A DNA stretch of 64,000 nucleotides. It comes from an uncultured Planctomycetaceae bacterium (GTDB lineage: Bacteria > Planctomycetota > Planctomycetia > Planctomycetales > Planctomycetaceae). Position 1 is the stretch's first letter. Every line of letters starts with the position of its first letter. This document shows, in pieces, positions 60,870 through 64,000 of the stretch. The notes beneath the pieces are model-generated. The model ran no database searches. It saw only the letters and a program-made list of their open reading frames with translations, and had not been told where the DNA came from. The stretch covers positions 2,052 through 66,051 of the forward strand of contig CAZNMS010000003.1 in the NCBI GenBank assembly GCA_964573505.1. The letters are read 5' to 3'. Made by a program: the position numbers and the translations under genes.

Positions 60870-60934
60870 GGACGCCTACGTCCGTGCTTCCTGTTTGTTG
60901 CAAGTTCATGCGGGTCGCTCTCGGACGTAGGCGT
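60870..60934. repeat. Hairpin repeat between convergent genes (possible bidirectional terminator), relative of 22557-22613
   Basis: GGACGCCTACGTCCG-(37 nt)-CGGACGTAGGCGT, 38 nt after the giant-ORF stop. It shares the loop segment gtcgctct with the other copy. Confidence 0.6.
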
Positions 60935-61056
60935 AGTTGTTCCTCGACAATCCCTAAAACCGCCCGTCCGAATGCGGAGCGCATGCCGCATTCGAACTCT
61001 TCATCGGCGGTCTTACTGAATCGGCGGTTCTCCCCGTCTTCCACTTCGGTCGTCGA

Positions 61057-62025
61057 TCAGAACTCACCGGGAACTTCGTTGTTCGCCCGAGTGCCGAGTC
61101 CTTGAAACACCGGGTACGACATCGACTCGCTCAAGAACCGCACCACTCCGTCGCCCATGCAGAAGTTTGCGCCGCCCGAATGCATGCTGCCGAAGGCCGA
61201 GATTCGAAAGTCTTCGAACTGATTGTTGTTCGCCGCAGTCGCCGACGGATGCAGGTAGTTGATGGGCACAGCAGTGCTCAGTGTGACGTCGCCAATGCCG
61301 GGCAATCCGGTCGACGGTGCCCAATAACCCATTCCGTCCATTTGCGGGCGAGCATTCGTTGTCGCCCATTGTTTGTAGAGCTGATCAACGTGCGATCGTT
61401 CGCCGAACAGCAGAGTGTTTGAAAGCCCGTCGGTCGCATCTCGATCACGCACGATGGCATTGCGCAAGAACATTCCGTCGGCAGTCACACCGGTCGGAAA
61501 GCGGCTCGGGTGATAGGACCATGAACCGGCATTGCCCGCGTAACTCGTCAGTCCGTAGCGCGTCAGAATCGGCGGAGTCACATTCGATGGCGTCGTCTCA
61601 TAGACCGGCGCGGCCATGATGTCTGACGGGCAGACGAGCGACGAAATGACGTGCCCCGTTCGACCGCTCGACACGTTGCGCCACGGATCGTTCGTGTCCC
61701 ACTGCTCCCACAACATGGCTTGATCGAGATTGCCTAACAGGAACACAAACAATCCGACCGCGCGGTTCTGAGGCGGATTCTGCTGACCGGCAGGCGTCGG
61801 CCAATTCAGCAACCCCGGCGGAAACGTTGTGACCGACTCGTGATAGTTATGAGCCGCGATGCCGAGCTGCTTGAGGTTGTTCGCGCACTGCGAACGTCTC
61901 GCCGCTTCGCGCGCTTGCTGCACCGCCGGCAGAAGCAACGCCACTAAGACCGCGATGATCGCGATGACGACGAGCAGTTCGATGAGCGTGAAGCCGCGAG
62001 ACATCCCCTTTGAGTTCTTTCGCAT
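61057..62025 (-). CDS. DUF1559 protein with prepilin-type N-terminal cleavage/methylation motif and H-X9-DG C-terminus
   Basis: GFTLIELLVVIAIIAVLVALLLPAVQQAREAARRSQCANNLKQLGIAAHNYH at the N-terminus and ...GSMHSGGANFCMGDGVVRFLSESM near the C-terminus. This family is greatly expanded in Planctomycetota. Confidence 0.92.
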   Translation of the reverse strand: MRKNSKGMSRGFTLIELLVVIAIIAVLVALLLPAVQQAREAARRSQCANNLKQLGIAAHNYHESVTTFPPGLLNWPTPAGQQNPPQNRAVGLFVFLLGNLDQAMLWEQWDTNDPWRNVSSGRTGHVISSLVCPSDIMAAPVYETTPSNVTPPILTRYGLTSYAGNAGSWSYHPSRFPTGVTADGMFLRNAIVRDRDATDGLSNTLLFGERSHVDQLYKQWATTNARPQMDGMGYWAPSTGLPGIGDVTLSTAVPINYLHPSATAANNNQFEDFRISAFGSMHSGGANFCMGDGVVRFLSESMSYPVFQGLGTRANNEVPGEF

Positions 62026-62460
62026 GACAGATCCTTTCCTCGATCACCGCGCGCAGCCTCATCGCTGTTCCTGAGCGACTGTTTGCAATGCTGCATGACC
62101 GCGCTGCGTGATCGAGTCTGACAACGGGCGAAGTTGGCGTTGCCTTCATCCCTAAGAGTGTGCCGCCGCTGGCACATCAAGTTGTCACATCAGCTCGTCA
62201 AACGGCGGCGGTGAGATGGCACAAGCCGCGACTTCCATGAGCCGCCGACGCTCTTGAGATCACACCGAGGATGACGAACCCGCCTGCGGGGCTCTCCCAC
62301 TACTCGCGCTGAGCAGCCTCAGTTCGCGCGGTGAGCATTTCGCAGACGCTAAGTCGGACCATAAAGCCGCCGCCCTCACGCGCGAACCGATCTTCGTCGA
62401 TGATTTGTTGTCGATGCGTCGCAGGGTTTGAGCAACGTCGCGATTATGGGCGCCTTTCTT

Positions 62461-62591
62461 AAATCGCCCCCGACCTTGTGTCGGGGGTTTAGCGGCTTTT
62501 GCGCTACTCAAATTCAAGGGCGGTTTGAATAGCGCAAAGGCCGTTAAACCACTGGGACAAGCCCGAGTGGCGATTTAATTACAGCCTCGGA
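62461..62591. repeat. ~130-bp three-hairpin palindromic element, copy P2
   Basis: Same order and orientation as P1, with the left stem changed to CCCCCGAC/GTCGGGGG (compensatory relative to P1) and tail ttaattacagcctcggag. Confidence 0.85.
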
Positions 62592-62665
62592 GCGAAAGGC
62601 GACCACAGTCCTGCCGCGCGGCGGTCTCATCACTCGATGCGAAGTCCCCAAACTCGCGTAGCGTC

Positions 62666-63460
62666 TTACTTCACTCGCAGCGACATCCACTCGGCGACCG
62701 CTGCTGACTCGCCGGTATTCCGCACGACGAACAACATCGCGCGTCCGCAACGCAAACTCGGACGAGCATGCTTGCCGACCTCTACGGTGCCAGTCGTCAC
62801 CACTGTGCCCGGCAGTTCGCTCAAGCCCGACCCGCGCGACTCCAGCGCTAACCCCGTGAGCGAATCCGTCATCTCGTCCGACGCCACTTCGCGGACTTCA
62901 ATCGCTCGACTGTTGAGCGTCGCAATCGAAGTCGGTCCCGAGAGGTCATCCGGTTGATCGCGCCAGCGAATCAAACGCCCGTCGTTACCCGTCGACGCTA
63001 AGCCGATCGCAGCCAGTGCTCCGATCACTCCGCCCTGCGTGCCGCCGAGCCCCTCTAAGCGCACCCCGCACTGCGCAGCCAAAACGCGAGCTTCCGCCTG
63101 AGTCACGATCTCGCGCTGACAGCGCCGTCCCCACTCAACGATCTCGGTCGGCACGCTCGTCGTCAGACACAATCCGGGATCACTACCGGGAATGAAGTCG
63201 GCCAACATGAGTTGCTTGAACTCGTCGAACAGCGCCCCCAGTTCCGCTTCATTCATTGCGTGCGAGCCGCGCGGCTCAAGCACGATCGACGCCGAACCGT
63301 TATGGCTCGTGAACGGTACGCGATCGTCCATCAGCAACTGATGCCGCACGATCATGCGGCACGCAAAGCGATCGGCGAGTGCTTGAACGATGCTCTTCGC
63401 GAGCTTGTTCGTGCCGCGTGATTCGAGCGAGTCCGTATCGTCGATGCCGACGTAGATCAT
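62666..63460 (-). CDS. TiaS N-terminal (TCKD)-like domain protein, function unknown
   Basis: MIYVGIDDTDS...GTNKLA at the N-terminus and GGVIGALAAIGLA mid-protein resemble, from memory, the N-terminal kinase-like domain of archaeal tRNA(Ile2) agmatidine synthetase. ATG 63460 overlaps the upstream stop as ATGA; the track's start is 63487. Confidence 0.45.
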   Translation of the reverse strand: MIYVGIDDTDSLESRGTNKLAKSIVQALADRFACRMIVRHQLLMDDRVPFTSHNGSASIVLEPRGSHAMNEAELGALFDEFKQLMLADFIPGSDPGLCLTTSVPTEIVEWGRRCQREIVTQAEARVLAAQCGVRLEGLGGTQGGVIGALAAIGLASTGNDGRLIRWRDQPDDLSGPTSIATLNSRAIEVREVASDEMTDSLTGLALESRGSGLSELPGTVVTTGTVEVGKHARPSLRCGRAMLFVVRNTGESAAVAEWMSLRVK

Positions 63461-63984
63461 GCCGCATCCTGCGAGCTTGCTCGCCACTTAAAGAACACAA
63501 ACGCCGCGATCAGTCCGGCCGCTAGCCCGAACAACGGGTACGACCACAAAGACGCCCACAACCAATCGGCAAAGCGTCGTTTGCCCTGCCCGGTCGCGAG
63601 CTTCTCTGTCAGCTTCACTAAAAAGGCTGCGGCATTCGCAATCAAGCCGGCTGTAACAATCCCGACATACAACCGCCATCCGCCTGATCTCAGCCGCCAT
63701 AAGACCGCATCCAGCAGCGGTCCCGTCAGCGCCATGCTCGTGAGCGCCCCCAATCCGAGATCATGTGTTGTGAAGGTCCGCATCAGCAGTCCCGTCACCA
63801 GTCCCGACGTCCCCATCACCGCGCCGCCGAGATGCCTCGGAGCCAATGCCAGTCCGAACGTCATCGGCAGCACCGATCGCACGATCGCATGCCCCGGCAT
63901 CTGCAACTTGAGATCCGGCAATGCCGAGACCATTGCTGCGACTGCCCCCATCGTGATCCATACGAGCCACTCAGAAGCACGCAC
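63457..63984 (-). CDS. small multi-pass membrane protein (about 5 TM), function unknown
   Basis: 175 aa, mostly hydrophobic segments (WLVWITMGAVAAMV, VLPMTFGLALA, LGLGALTSMALTGPLL, LYVGIVTAGLIANAAAFLV, LWSYPLFGLAAGLIAAFVFF). It is translationally coupled to the downstream gene. Confidence 0.6.
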   Translation of the reverse strand: MRASEWLVWITMGAVAAMVSALPDLKLQMPGHAIVRSVLPMTFGLALAPRHLGGAVMGTSGLVTGLLMRTFTTHDLGLGALTSMALTGPLLDAVLWRLRSGGWRLYVGIVTAGLIANAAAFLVKLTEKLATGQGKRRFADWLWASLWSYPLFGLAAGLIAAFVFFKWRASSQDAA

Positions 63985-64000
63985 CTGCGAATCGTGACGC

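Noticed and set aside
28319-60991. Dozens of minus-strand and off-frame ORFs inside the giant gene (e.g. 32297-33769 of 490 aa, 30323-31591 of 422 aa, 34724-35698 of 324 aa, 37201-37983 of 260 aa)
   Set aside because: All are nested in the single 32.7-kb frame. They have Arg/Ser/Pro-biased low-complexity translations that mirror the sense-strand repeats; for example, the Ser/Pro ORF at 37201-37983 is the antisense of the RTX block. None has a domain signature.
27501-62591. P1/P2 elements as ends of a composite transposon or genomic island carrying the giant gene
   Set aside because: The copies are direct, not inverted. No transposase or integrase lies between or beside them, no target duplication is evident, and the element looks like one member of a dispersed repeat family. 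It is kept only as a hypothesis in the findings.
1-64000. tRNA, rRNA, tmRNA, transposase, integrase and cas genes
   Set aside because: I scanned the intergenic gaps by eye and found no cloverleaf-like or rRNA-like sequence, and no ORF with recombinase or Cas signatures. A tRNAscan/Infernal run would be needed to be certain.

Overview
High-GC (about 60%) bacterial chromosomal DNA, very probably Planctomycetota (Pirellulales-like). The taxon call rests on a DUF1559 / H-X9-DG prepilin-type protein, a membrane Ser/Thr kinase with a TPR ectodomain, and a giant exoprotein with an ...ESLEQRLLLSG leader. All calls come from reading the translations and the DNA by eye; no searches were run, and domain boundaries are approximate.

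Gene content, left to right:
- Minus-strand block: pyk (runs off the window edge), then a chemotaxis operon STAS-cheA(REC fusion)-cheW-MCP-cheB-cheR.
- manA (type I phosphomannose isomerase) and a GT-C (family 39/83-like) membrane glycosyltransferase.
- A compact, AT-richer three-gene cassette: two ORFans plus a ComEC-type MBL-fold hydrolase.
- A 1,497-aa Ser/Thr kinase.
- ruvB, yebC and a secreted TPR protein.
- One uninterrupted 32.7-kb ORF (10,894 aa) that fills half the window. It contains an RTX block, a C-type-lectin-like domain, about 50 copies of a strict 20-residue repeat and a C-terminal metzincin motif.
- A DUF1559 pseudopilin-like gene.
- A TiaS-N-terminal-like protein translationally coupled to a small membrane protein.

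No rRNA, tRNA, CRISPR array, transposase or integrase was recognised.

Most worth a second look:
- The giant mosaic ORF.
- The three-gene MBL cassette, a candidate accessory or defence module.
- An unusually rich set of palindromic repeat families. They occupy nearly every intergenic gap, several show compensatory stem substitutions, and one copy is inserted in-frame in the glycosyltransferase gene.
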